From Alphaproteobacteria bacterium (GTDB lineage: Bacteria > Pseudomonadota > Alphaproteobacteria > UBA2966): a stretch of 64,000 nucleotides of DNA. This document shows positions 1 to 14,511 of this stretch, one piece after another; the stretch's first letter is position 1, and each line of letters starts with the position of its first letter. The stretch covers positions 1,728,001 through 1,792,000 of the forward strand of contig OZ219856.1 in assembly GCA_964291395.2 (NCBI GenBank). Direction: 5' to 3'. The position numbers and the translations under genes were made by a program. The notes under the pieces were generated by a model that made no database searches, had not been told where the DNA came from, and saw only the letters and a program-made list of their open reading frames with translations.

Positions 1-1867
<1,867 letters not shown>

Positions 1868-2137
1868 AGGGTTTGAAACACGCCGGAGCGGCGCCTGAAC
1901 GAGGATGCCGCGCGCAATGCGAAACCGCGACATATAGGGCAATGCTAACCTCTAAATATACCAATTATTGTGGTTTTCGGCAAATTACGGGCGCCGGAGT
2001 CCGAAACGAAGCCGAGGCCCCCTCATGTCCCAACCTTGCCACCCGCCGATGTGCCGATTACACAGTTCATCGTGGCCAGATCGACGCCACGGACCTTCGG
2101 TCGGATCACCCGGCACAACTCCCGCAAGGATGGCGGC

Positions 2138-3802
2138 ATGAACACCACGAGCGGCGGCTCGATCTTCCTGAGCGTCCTGAAGGACGAAGGCGTCACTCAC
2201 CTGTTCGGTAATCCGGGCACGACCGAACTGCCGGTGATGCACGCACTCGCCGAGCACCCCGATCTCGACTACGTGCTCGGACTCCAGGAGTCCATCGTCG
2301 TGGCGATGGCCGACGGGTTCGCCCGCGCCTCGGGCAGGCTCGCAGCCTGCAACGTGCATGTCGCACCCGGCCTGGGGAACGCCATGGGCTCCATCTTCAA
2401 CGCAAACTGGAGCCGCTCGCCCATCATCGTCAGTGCCGGACAGCAGGAACAGGGGCACGGCCTCATGGAACCGATGCTCTATGGCGAGCTGGTGCCGATG
2501 GCCGCGCCGTGCGTCAAGTGGGCCTTCGAGGTTACCCGGCCGGAAGATCTGCCGCGGGTGGTTCGAAGAGCCGCCAAGGTCGCCATGACCCCGCCGACGG
2601 GTCCGGTGTTCCTGTCCCTGCCCGGCGATGTGCTCAACGCCCAGATTGCCGCCGAACTGGGGCATCGGACGCGTGTGGACACACGGACCATCCCGACCCC
2701 GGAGGTGATCACGGCGCTCGCCGGTCGCCTGCTGGCGGCGGAACGTCCGCTGCTGGTCTGCGGCCAGGAGGTCGCCGATTCCGACGCCCTGCAAGAGGCT
2801 GCCCGCCTCGCGGAACTGATCGGCGCCGCGGCCATGCAGCAGTCCGTGCCGTCGGGGGCGCAATACCTCTCCGAGCATCCGACCTTCATCGGTGGACTGA
2901 CCCGCGTGCAGCAGCAGGTACGGGACGTCCTGTCCAACTACGATCTGGTGGTGGCGCTGGGGGGCGACGTCTTCCGCATGTCGGTCTACGCGCCGATCGA
3001 CGCCGTGCCCGAGAACGCGCGGATCCTGCATATCGGCCAACAGGACTGGGAGATGGGCAAGAACTATCCCACGGCGATGGCCGTGCGGGCCGATATGAAG
3101 GAAACGCTTTCGGCGCTGGCGAGTCACATCGAGTCGGTCCGCACCGAGGCACAGGCGACCACGGCCGAGTCGCGGCTCGCCGCCATCGCCGAGCGGAATT
3201 GGAACGTCCAGCGGGCAAAGGTACGCGAGGAAATTCTCGGGCGCGAAAACGGCGAGGCCATCGATCCCGGGCGCGCCATGGTGGAGATCGTCGACGCATT
3301 GCCGCCAGAGTCCATCGTCGTCGACGAAGGCGTGCTGAGCACGCGGCAGCTCCCGCGACTACTGCCGTTCAGGGGCAGCAACGACTTCTACGGCCTCGAC
3401 AGCGGCGGCATCGGCTTCGCGATCGCCGGTGCCATCGGCGTCTCCCTCGCCCATCCGACCCGCCCGGTGACCGCCATCATCGGCGACGGCAGCGCCATGT
3501 ACGGCATACAGGCGCTGTGGACCGCCGCCAAGCAGTCGCTGCCCCTGACATACGTGATCTGCAACAATTCGAGCTATCGCATCCTCAAGGAGCGCCTGAA
3601 GGCTTTCCACGACAACGACAACTTCATCGGCATGGACATGCGCGACCCGGCCATCGACTTCACGGGAATGGCGCGCTCCATGGGCCTGTGGGCGGAACGC
3701 GTGGAGAAGGTCGAGGATCTGGGCGACGTGTTGCGCGCGGCCTACGAGCGGGAAGGCCCCAAGCTCGTCGACGTCAAGATCGCCGACGGGTTCGGGGACT
3801 GA
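2138..3802 (+). CDS. Thiamine-pyrophosphate-dependent enzyme, benzoylformate decarboxylase (MdlC)-like
   Basis: FGNPGTTELP, LGLQE and LHVAPGLGNAMG-like N-terminal motifs; GDGS...N TPP-binding motif. ATG 2138 follows an AAGGA RBS. Confidence 0.88.
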   Translation: MNTTSGGSIFLSVLKDEGVTHLFGNPGTTELPVMHALAEHPDLDYVLGLQESIVVAMADGFARASGRLAACNVHVAPGLGNAMGSIFNANWSRSPIIVSAGQQEQGHGLMEPMLYGELVPMAAPCVKWAFEVTRPEDLPRVVRRAAKVAMTPPTGPVFLSLPGDVLNAQIAAELGHRTRVDTRTIPTPEVITALAGRLLAAERPLLVCGQEVADSDALQEAARLAELIGAAAMQQSVPSGAQYLSEHPTFIGGLTRVQQQVRDVLSNYDLVVALGGDVFRMSVYAPIDAVPENARILHIGQQDWEMGKNYPTAMAVRADMKETLSALASHIESVRTEAQATTAESRLAAIAERNWNVQRAKVREEILGRENGEAIDPGRAMVEIVDALPPESIVVDEGVLSTRQLPRLLPFRGSNDFYGLDSGGIGFAIAGAIGVSLAHPTRPVTAIIGDGSAMYGIQALWTAAKQSLPLTYVICNNSSYRILKERLKAFHDNDNFIGMDMRDPAIDFTGMARSMGLWAERVEKVEDLGDVLRAAYEREGPKLVDVKIADGFGD

Positions 3803-3811
3803 AACCAGACT

Positions 3812-4282
3812 TTAGAACGGGATCTCGTCGTCGATGTCGGCGCCCGCAACAGGCTCGCGTGCCGCGGACGGTTCATCCATCGGGGCGCCATAATCCGGTT
3901 CGCCAAAGTCTCGTCCCCCACCCATGTCACCCCGCGAATCGAGCATGGTCAGCTCTCCCCGGTAGGGCCGCAGCACGACCTCGGTGGTGTAGCGGTCCTG
4001 TCCGTCCTGACCCGTCCACTTGCGGGTCTGCAACTGACCCTCAAGGTACACCTTGGATCCCTTGCGCAGGTACTGCTTGGCCACGTCCCCGAGTTGCTGG
4101 CTGAAGATCACCACCCGGTGCCATTCGGTACGCTCCCGGCGTTCGCCGGACTGACGGTCGCGCCAAGTCTCGTTGGTCGCCACCGAGAGATGCACGATCT
4201 GGTCGCCCGATTGCGTGCTCCGTACCTCGGGGTCGCGCCCGAGATTGCCGATGAGTTGTACCTTGTTGAGGCTGCCTGCCAT
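3812..4282 (-). CDS. ssb: Single-stranded DNA-binding protein
   Basis: MAGSLNKVQLIGNLGRDPEVR... with C-terminal DDEIPF tail. Confidence 0.97.
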   Translation of the reverse strand: MAGSLNKVQLIGNLGRDPEVRSTQSGDQIVHLSVATNETWRDRQSGERRERTEWHRVVIFSQQLGDVAKQYLRKGSKVYLEGQLQTRKWTGQDGQDRYTTEVVLRPYRGELTMLDSRGDMGGGRDFGEPDYGAPMDEPSAAREPVAGADIDDEIPF

Positions 4283-4475
4283 GTTCATCTCCCCCAAAAA
4301 CCAGGAACAGCACCAGAGGCGCCCGGCGACGACACTGCGCTCCACTATACGCGGAGGCCGCCCGTCATGGCCACACGAACGGACGGCGCGCGTGGCCGTT
4401 CGCCGCCAGTCCGTCCGACTATGGAAGGACCAGGAAGAGTTTGTCCGGCCGCGCCGCCAACACGACACCGACCCT

Positions 4476-5909
4476 CTAAATTGGCTCTCCCACGCGCGGG
4501 TCGAGCGGCACGCGGTCCTTCAGGCCGGTGAGCGCCTCGAACACGGCCGCCGCCGACAGAAGCTCCGCCTCGCGCCCCATCGGAGCCACCATCTGAAGTC
4601 CAACCGGGCGCCCGTCGTCGGTGAACCCGGTGGGGACCGACATCGCGGGACAGGCGGTGAGCGTGATGGCGAAGGCCATGACCAGCCACCCGAAATAGTG
4701 CTCGAACTTCACGCCCTCGACCTCTTCGAGGTAGCGCCGGCGGTGATCGAACGGTGGCGCCACCACGGCGGGACAGAGCAGCAGGTCATAGGTTTCGAAG
4801 AATACCGCGGCGCGGTGGTAGAGCTCACCCCGGGCCCGTTCCGCCCGCGTGATCTTCTCGGCGTCGATCCTCAGTCCCTCCTCGATGTTCCAGACAAGCT
4901 CTCGCTTGAACGTGTCGCGGTGCTGCTCGAGAAAGTGCGCCCGGTCGGCCGAGAAATAGACGGCGCGAATCACCTCGAAGATTTCCACCGCGTCGTGAAA
5001 GTCGATGCACGCCTCCTCCACCACGGTGCCGACCTCCACGAAGCGCCGCGCCCCTTCGGCACATAGCCGCCGCACCTCCGGGTCGACGGGCCCGAGGCCA
5101 AGATCGGGACTGAAAGCAACCCGCTTGGGCGGTACGAGTTCGGCGGCGGCCCTGCGATATGGAGTCGGCGGCGCGGGACGGGTGAGCGGGTCCCGATGAT
5201 CGAGACCAGCCATGGCATCGAGCATCAATGCCGCGTCTTCCACCGTCCGCGCCATCGGACCGTTCACGGCGAGCGTGTTGAAAGGAAGCCGGATGGGGCC
5301 GTGAGGCACCACCCCAGGCCCCGGCCTTATGCCGACGGTCGAGGTGAAGCTGGCGGGATTGCGGATCGAACCGCCATGGTCGCTGCCCGTAGCGAGCCAT
5401 ACTTGGCCCGCGGCCAGAGCAGCGGCGGACCCGCCGGAGGAGCCGCCCGGCGTGAGCGCCGTGTTCCACGGATTCGTCGTCGTGCCGAAGACCTCGTTGA
5501 AGGTCTGCGAGCCGGCTCCAAACTCGGGCGTGTTCGACTTGGCCGCGACCAAGGCGCCGTTGGCCTCGAGACGCTCCACCATGTAATCCGACCGCTCCGG
5601 CACGTGATCGGCGAAGGCCAAGGAACCGTAGGTCGTGCGCACGCCGGCGACGTCGCTGAGATCCTTGACGGCGATGGGCAGCCCGTGGAGGTAGTCCGGC
5701 CTGTCGACATCTCGCGACCCCTTGGCGAGACGGTCGGCGTGCGCCCGGGCACGATCGAAACAGAGGGTCGGCAACGCGTTGAGCACGCCGTCCGTATCGG
5801 CGGTCCGCGCCTCGGCGGCATCGAGCAGATCGAAGGGGCTCACCTCACCGCGCGCCAGAAGGTCCACCGCCTCGCAGGCGGTGAGGCGGATAAAGTCTTC
5901 GTCGTTCAT
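4476..5909 (-). CDS. Amidase signature family protein
   Basis: GLPIAVKD, GGSSGGSAAA and GSDHGGSIRNPA amidase signature motifs. Confidence 0.93.
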   Translation of the reverse strand: MNDEDFIRLTACEAVDLLARGEVSPFDLLDAAEARTADTDGVLNALPTLCFDRARAHADRLAKGSRDVDRPDYLHGLPIAVKDLSDVAGVRTTYGSLAFADHVPERSDYMVERLEANGALVAAKSNTPEFGAGSQTFNEVFGTTTNPWNTALTPGGSSGGSAAALAAGQVWLATGSDHGGSIRNPASFTSTVGIRPGPGVVPHGPIRLPFNTLAVNGPMARTVEDAALMLDAMAGLDHRDPLTRPAPPTPYRRAAAELVPPKRVAFSPDLGLGPVDPEVRRLCAEGARRFVEVGTVVEEACIDFHDAVEIFEVIRAVYFSADRAHFLEQHRDTFKRELVWNIEEGLRIDAEKITRAERARGELYHRAAVFFETYDLLLCPAVVAPPFDHRRRYLEEVEGVKFEHYFGWLVMAFAITLTACPAMSVPTGFTDDGRPVGLQMVAPMGREAELLSAAAVFEALTGLKDRVPLDPRVGEPI

Positions 5910-6122
5910 GCAGGGAACTTTAATGCGTAGCGGCGGAACTACAAAGGTAAACGGCCGCGGGAACCGAGAGGTTGGCGGCAATAGGAGAACCCCCTTTTAC
6001 CAAGGAGCCCGCGCCGATTGCATGAAAACATCGGGACGCGCGGGCAGGTTCGCGATTCGGAGTCGCATCCCGCCACCGCCATCCCATATGATGCCCATGA
6101 CCGATTCGGCGTTCCCCCGTTC

Positions 6123-9053
<2,931 letters not shown>

Positions 9054-9178
9054 ATGGCGCACCCTCCGGCCGCCGGTCCGCGATCTTCCGCCGGCGGAGC
9101 GTCACGCATGGCAAGAACGGTTCTTTCGCGGTAGTCTGGTGCCACTCGCGGACGACGGGTTCGCGTATCCACGTAGCT

Positions 9179-10126
9179 ATGGCGGACGGGTGGGTTGCGA
9201 TGGAGACGCCATCGGGCAAATCGGCGGCGGACGAGAACTTTCCAGTGGGCTCGTGGCTGTTGCCGGCAAGCCTGCGGCCGCATATCGCGGCGTTCTATGC
9301 TTATGCACGGGCGATCGACGATATCGCCGACAACCCCGACCTGCAGCCGGCCGACAAGATCGCGCGCCTGGACGGTTTCGCCAGGGCCGTGCGCGGCATC
9401 GAGGTTACCGATCCGGCGTTCCGCAAGGCGCACGACATCCGCCGCAGCCTGGCCGGGACACGCGTGACCCATCGGCATTGCCTGGATCTGATTCGCGCGT
9501 TCAAGCAGGACGCGACGAAGCTGCGCTATGACGACTGGGACGACCTGATCGGCTATTGCGATCTCTCGGCGGCCCCCGTGGGCCGCTACCTGGTCGACCT
9601 GCACGGCGAGCCGGCTACCGCATACCCGGCAGCCGATGCCCTGTGCAACGCGCTGCAGGTGCTGAACCATCTGCAGGATTGCGGCGACGACTACCGGGCG
9701 TTGAACCGGGTCTACCTGCCGCAGGAATGGATGGCCGAGGCCGGCGTCGGTGCCGAGGCGCTGGGCGACGGCCGGTCGACAGCACGGCTGCGGCGGGTGC
9801 TCGACCGGTGCCTGGAGGCGATCGATGGCCTGCTGGCGCTGGCCGACCATCTGCCGGGCCAACTCGGCAACGTCCGATTCGCCATGGAAGCGGCGGCGAT
9901 CGTCGCCATCGCCAGGAAACTCGGCATCGAGTTGCGCCGACGCGACCCTCTGGCGGAACGAGTGGCGCTGACCAAGACTCAGTACGTGACATGCTGCGCG
10001 CGCGGGGTCGGCCATGTCCTGTTTCAAAGGGTCTTGCGCGGGGCCGCGCGGTGGCGGCGCTTCGTTCTTGCCCCGGTTACCGGTCGTCGAGCGCCGCCAG
10101 CCGCGCGACCGCCCGCCGGTGAATGA
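9179..10126 (+). CDS. hpnC: Hydroxysqualene synthase HpnC
   Basis: ENFPVGS N-terminus, AIDDIAD, YCDLSAAPVGR and LQVLNHLQD motifs typical of HpnC. Confidence 0.9.
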   Translation: MADGWVAMETPSGKSAADENFPVGSWLLPASLRPHIAAFYAYARAIDDIADNPDLQPADKIARLDGFARAVRGIEVTDPAFRKAHDIRRSLAGTRVTHRHCLDLIRAFKQDATKLRYDDWDDLIGYCDLSAAPVGRYLVDLHGEPATAYPAADALCNALQVLNHLQDCGDDYRALNRVYLPQEWMAEAGVGAEALGDGRSTARLRRVLDRCLEAIDGLLALADHLPGQLGNVRFAMEAAAIVAIARKLGIELRRRDPLAERVALTKTQYVTCCARGVGHVLFQRVLRGAARWRRFVLAPVTGRRAPPAARPPAGE

Positions 10127-10874
10127 TGCGGTCGTAAGCACTCTTCGACGGCAGCGCGGTCGCCCTTGCCAGCAGGCCACGCGCCCGGTCACGATTCCCC
10201 TCGCCGTCCAGCAACAACAGACCGAGCGCGTATTCAAAGAGCACCGCCTTACTGTCGGGCGCCAGCGCGAGGGCCCTATCGTAGTGCGCCACGGCATCCT
10301 TTCCGCTGGCCCCGTACAGCAGGCCTGCCATGAACCCCCCGGCGTTGACGGCCTCGGCATGCCAGGCGGCCATGCTCAGATGTGCGTTCGGCATGTCCGG
10401 ATCCAGCGCAAGCGCTTGTTTTATCGCGTCACGAACCTTTCGCACGTGACCTTGCTCCACCACTTCCAGGACTCCGACCGTCTGCGCGTATCGGCCCATG
10501 GCATGAGCCCATTGCAAATGACCCTCTGGATTGCCCGCATCCAGGCGGATCGCCTCTTCCGCCAACGCCGCAGCGCGATCGAACCAAGCCTGTTTCTCGC
10601 TCTCTTCGGCCAAGTAGTAGCCGTGAATCGCCAACGCTTCGGCCGCCAACGCATCTCCTTCGGAGGTTTCGAGGCTTTCGGCCAGTTCGGCTGCCTCGAT
10701 GAAACGTCCCTCGGTGAACGCGGCACGCGCCGCTTCGACCGTCTGGGCGCCCGCCGTGCCCGCCGATGCGAATACGTGCACCACGGTCAGGCAGATCAGC
10801 AATGCGGCCTTGGGTCCGCGACACGTCCGCGAACCGGTGGGTCGAGTCGGCACGCCGCCGTACCGCCGCACCAT
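10077..10874 (-). CDS. Exported TPR-like alpha-helical protein, unknown function
   Basis: Signal-peptide-like hydrophobic stretch ending AGA|Q, then repeated helical units (AIRLDAGNP, ALALDPDMP, ALALAPDS). Starts 5 nt after the hpnE stop. Confidence 0.75.
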   Translation of the reverse strand: MVRRYGGVPTRPTGSRTCRGPKAALLICLTVVHVFASAGTAGAQTVEAARAAFTEGRFIEAAELAESLETSEGDALAAEALAIHGYYLAEESEKQAWFDRAAALAEEAIRLDAGNPEGHLQWAHAMGRYAQTVGVLEVVEQGHVRKVRDAIKQALALDPDMPNAHLSMAAWHAEAVNAGGFMAGLLYGASGKDAVAHYDRALALAPDSKAVLFEYALGLLLLDGEGNRDRARGLLARATALPSKSAYDRIIHRRAVARLAALDDR

Positions 10875-10879
10875 CCCGC

Positions 10880-12154
10880 CTATTCCCCGGTCCCGATTCG
10901 CCCGTCACCGGCGACGGCGTGCGCCACCATGTGAGCAGACCGAACTGCGCTTTCGATCGTCGCGGGCAGACCCGTATCGATCCAATCGCCAGCAAGATAC
11001 AGGTTGGTAAACTTGGTCCGGGTACCGTGTCGGCGTCGCGCGCCCTCGGGCGTTTGCGCGAAGGTAGCATGCCTTTCCTTGATGACACGACACACCGGCA
11101 CCGTGTCCCGCCCGAAACCAAGGGCCGTGGCGACATCGGCCCAAGCTTTGCGGGCGATCACGTCGGCCGGTTCCGTTGCCAGCGAGTCGGCTGCGCTGAC
11201 CGTTATCGATACCACGTCGCCGCGCGCGAAGAGCCACTGCGCCGTCCCCCCGATCAGCCCTAGAAGCGGCAGGTCCGCCGCCAAGCCGGCGGGTTCGGGC
11301 AAACGGAAATGGGCGTTGACGATGGCATGGCTCTGTTCCGGCACGCTCAGCCCCGGCACCAGGCCGGCGGTGGCCAACGGCGGCAACGCCAGCACCACAC
11401 TGTCACCGCCGCGCAACACGACCGTTTCCGCGCCGAAGCGCAGACGGCTCGCCGCGCCGCCGGCGTAGGCGATCCGGCGCAGCCGGTGCCCGAACCGAAC
11501 GGCGGCGCCGCGCCGGTGCAGGAAGTCCAAGGCCGGGTTCACGAAGGTCTCGGAAAGCCCGTTCCTGACGATCCGTGGCCGGCAGGCGGCCTCTCCCCGG
11601 GCGAAGGTATCCCGCAACACGGGCCACAACAGACGTGCCGCGCCGGCCCGCGCCGGGGTATTCAACGCCGCGACGGCAAGCGGCTCCCAAAACCTCTCGA
11701 ACAGGACACCGCCGTCGCCGACGCAATCGGCTACGGTCCGATCCGCCCCGGCAACGGCGAACCGCAGCGCCGACAGATAGTCCCAGCCGCTGGTGCCAGG
11801 CACTCGCCGGTCGGCATGAAGCGTCCACCAGGGCAGTCTGCCGGCGTTGGGTCGTAAGCACCATCGCCGGCCGGTCCGAAGGTCGAGGAACGGAAAACGG
11901 GCCGAGGCGGGGCCGATCAGTGCGTCGCCGGCACCGATGTCGTCCAGATAGCGCATCGCGGCGGCGTTGCCGCTCAACAGCAGGTGGTTGCCGTTGTCGA
12001 TCGCGCGACCGAGCTTGGCGTCGCGGTAGGAACGACAGCGGCCACCGGCCTGACCGCTGGCTTCGTAAAGCGTGACGGCGCGCCCTTCCCGCGCCAGCGA
12101 CACCGCGGTCGCGAGACCCGCGACGCCGGCACCGATGATGTGGGTCCGGGACAC
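10880..12154 (-). CDS. hpnE: Hydroxysqualene dehydroxylase HpnE (FAD-dependent)
   Basis: IIGAGVAGL dinucleotide motif, GGRCRSY, IDNGNHLLLSGN, LAGDWIDTGLPATIESAVRS. Confidence 0.93.
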   Translation of the reverse strand: MSRTHIIGAGVAGLATAVSLAREGRAVTLYEASGQAGGRCRSYRDAKLGRAIDNGNHLLLSGNAAAMRYLDDIGAGDALIGPASARFPFLDLRTGRRWCLRPNAGRLPWWTLHADRRVPGTSGWDYLSALRFAVAGADRTVADCVGDGGVLFERFWEPLAVAALNTPARAGAARLLWPVLRDTFARGEAACRPRIVRNGLSETFVNPALDFLHRRGAAVRFGHRLRRIAYAGGAASRLRFGAETVVLRGGDSVVLALPPLATAGLVPGLSVPEQSHAIVNAHFRLPEPAGLAADLPLLGLIGGTAQWLFARGDVVSITVSAADSLATEPADVIARKAWADVATALGFGRDTVPVCRVIKERHATFAQTPEGARRRHGTRTKFTNLYLAGDWIDTGLPATIESAVRSAHMVAHAVAGDGRIGTGE

Positions 12155-12166
12155 GAACGGGCGCCG

Positions 12167-13054
12167 TCAGAAGAACCCGTGCCGCAGGGCGAGCCACATC
12201 TTGCGGGCGGGGGTCAGCCGGATCGGGTCATGGAGTCCCCCCCAGCCACGTTCTTCCAGCCGGTCGAGCAGTTCTCGATAGATCGCCATCATGATGACAG
12301 CGGGCCGGATCCTGCGCGGACCGAGTTCCGTGATCAGGCTGTCGGCCTCGGCGTAATAGCCGCGCGCATGTCCGGCCAGTTCTCCGCAGGCCCCGGCAAA
12401 GCCCGGATGAACCAGGATCGCGCTCAATGAATCACCGACGACGCCATGCCTGCCGAGCAGTTCCAGAGGCACGTACAGGCGTTGCAGTCCCGCGTCTTCC
12501 TTCACGTCGCGCAGGATATTGGTCAGTTGCAACGCGTTACCGAGCGTCCTGGCGATATCAGGTCCGGGAGACGCAGGCACGCCGAAGGCATGAACCGACA
12601 GCATGCCAACGGCGCCGGCGACCTTGCGGCAATAATCCAACAAATCATCCAGCGTCTGCATTCGCACGGTCGGCGCCGCGTCGATTTCCATGCCGTCGAT
12701 CACGGCGAGGAATTCCCGCTGCGGCAGATTGAAACGCCGTACCGGTTGCAGCAGCGCTCTCGTGGTCGGCCATGTCGACCGTCCGGCATAGAGGCGGGCG
12801 ATTTCCCTGCGCCAGGCGGCCAATGCCCGCTTCTTGTCGGCGATCTCGCCCGGCTGGTCGGCGATGTCGTCGACCTCGCGACAAAACGCATAGATCGCGT
12901 ACATGGCGCGCCGCCGCTCCGCCGGCAGCACCCGCATGCCCCAGAGGAACGACGTGCCCGACCGCGCGATGACACGATTGACATGAGCCCACGGCTCGAT
13001 CCGTCCATAGGGCGGGATGTCTCGAGTGGCCGGGGAACGATGCGGCGGACTCAC
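12167..13054 (-). CDS. hpnD: Presqualene diphosphate synthase HpnD
   Basis: SGTSFLWGMRVL, YAFCREVDDIAD, YCRKVAGAVG, LQLTNILRDVKED; directly upstream of hpnE. Confidence 0.92.
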   Translation of the reverse strand: MSPPHRSPATRDIPPYGRIEPWAHVNRVIARSGTSFLWGMRVLPAERRRAMYAIYAFCREVDDIADQPGEIADKKRALAAWRREIARLYAGRSTWPTTRALLQPVRRFNLPQREFLAVIDGMEIDAAPTVRMQTLDDLLDYCRKVAGAVGMLSVHAFGVPASPGPDIARTLGNALQLTNILRDVKEDAGLQRLYVPLELLGRHGVVGDSLSAILVHPGFAGACGELAGHARGYYAEADSLITELGPRRIRPAVIMMAIYRELLDRLEERGWGGLHDPIRLTPARKMWLALRHGFF

Positions 13055-13296
13055 ACTACCGGGCTCCTCACCTTTCTCAAGTGTGAGGACCGATCAGGTT
13101 CATGTCAATCCGACCGACAAGGGCCGCTCGACCACGGGTTGCCGCATCCGGCAGCGACCAGACCGGACGCCGTCGAAATTCAGAGCCACCTCGAATGGCG
13201 AAATCATGCTATGAAGTGGACGGCCCATACGGCGCTCGGACCTGACAGCTGCCGAGGAGCGAGCGGCCGCACCGTGCCGCGGGGATGGAGTTTTCA

Positions 13297-14250
13297 ATGA
13301 CGAAGCGAGCCTTGCACGTGATCCTAGCGCAGCCCAGGGGGTTCTGTGCCGGCGTCATTCGGGCCGTCGACATCGTCGAGCACGCGTTGCGCATCCATGG
13401 CGCGCCAGTCTATGTGCGACACGAGATCGTCCACAACAAACACGTCGTCGACAGGTTGCGCGACATGGGTGCGTGCTTCGTCGAGGACATCGCGGACATC
13501 CCGCTTGGTGCCGTTGCCGTGTTCAGCGCTCACGGCGTGTCCCGCAAGGTCGAGGATGACGCGGGCGCCCGTGGCCTCCGCGTGATCGACGCCACCTGTC
13601 CGCTGGTCAGCAAGGTGCACAACCAGGCGAAACGCTACGCGCGGCGGGGCTACGAGGTCGTCCTTGTCGGACATCCCGGCCATCCGGAGGTCGAGGGAAC
13701 GATGGGACAGGTGCCGGGCAAGGTGCATTTGGTATCGAACCCGGCCGACGTGGCGGCGTTGACGCCGGCCGACCCGGCGCGGATCGCCTATGTGACGCAA
13801 ACCACGCTCAGTGTCGACGATACCCGCGAGGTCATCGCGGCGCTCGTGGCGCGCTTCCCGGAGATCCTAGGCCACGACGTAGAAGACATTTGCTATGCGA
13901 CGCAAAACCGTCAGACGGCGGTGCGGCTGCTGGCGGCCCGGTGCGATGTGATCCTGGTCATCGGTGCCGACTACAGCTCGAATTCGAACCGGCTGCGCGA
14001 GATCGGCGGGGAGACGGGAACCGCCAGCTACCTCATTCCGGATGCCGACGGTCTGGAGCCCGCCTGGCTGGACGGGGCGCGGACGGTGGGTATCACCGCC
14101 GGCGCCTCGGCGCCGGAAGAGCTGGTCAAGGGTCTGACCGACCGGTTGCGCGGCATGTTCGACGTGACGGTGACCGACCTCGACGGCATCGAAGAGAACG
14201 TCGTCTTCAACCTGCCGCGGGAGCTGACGGCGCGGCAACACCAAATCTAA
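13297..14250 (+). CDS. ispH: 4-hydroxy-3-methylbut-2-enyl diphosphate reductase
   Basis: [47 protein letters not shown]. Confidence 0.97.
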   Translation: MTKRALHVILAQPRGFCAGVIRAVDIVEHALRIHGAPVYVRHEIVHNKHVVDRLRDMGACFVEDIADIPLGAVAVFSAHGVSRKVEDDAGARGLRVIDATCPLVSKVHNQAKRYARRGYEVVLVGHPGHPEVEGTMGQVPGKVHLVSNPADVAALTPADPARIAYVTQTTLSVDDTREVIAALVARFPEILGHDVEDICYATQNRQTAVRLLAARCDVILVIGADYSSNSNRLREIGGETGTASYLIPDADGLEPAWLDGARTVGITAGASAPEELVKGLTDRLRGMFDVTVTDLDGIEENVVFNLPRELTARQHQI

Positions 14251-14369
14251 TTTCGATGACAGGTAGAATTGTCCGGTTTTCCTAGCGCATCGGTCGACCG
14301 TGTTTGGACGCCCCCGTTGATGCAGACACCTTCTTCGGACGATTTGTTGCAGGAGGTCAGGTGCTGTCA

Positions 14370-14511
14370 TGTGTCCAGCCACGGCAAGAAGAGCCTTTTC
14401 ATGTTCGACCAGCCACGCGGTGTCGAAGGTACGGCTCTGCTGATCCAGGTACACAAGTAGGGCGCGGACGACCGATGGCTGTATCTGCCAGCGCCGAAAC
14501 GGGTGTGTCGA
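14370..14511 (+). pseudogene. Remnant of an outer-membrane lipoprotein-sorting (LolA-like) protein
   Basis: One frame reads GKKSLFMFDQPRGVEGTALLIQVHK*GADDRWLYLPAPKRVCR. This matches the family core KSL..FD.P.DV.GTALL...H....DDQWLYLPALKRV but has an in-frame TAG at 14458-14460 and lacks both ends. Confidence 0.75.

Noticed and set aside
1880-2137. TPP riboswitch ahead of the TPP-dependent enzyme
   Set aside because: No CUGAGA or other conserved TPP-aptamer elements; only a small cUUCGg hairpin is seen.
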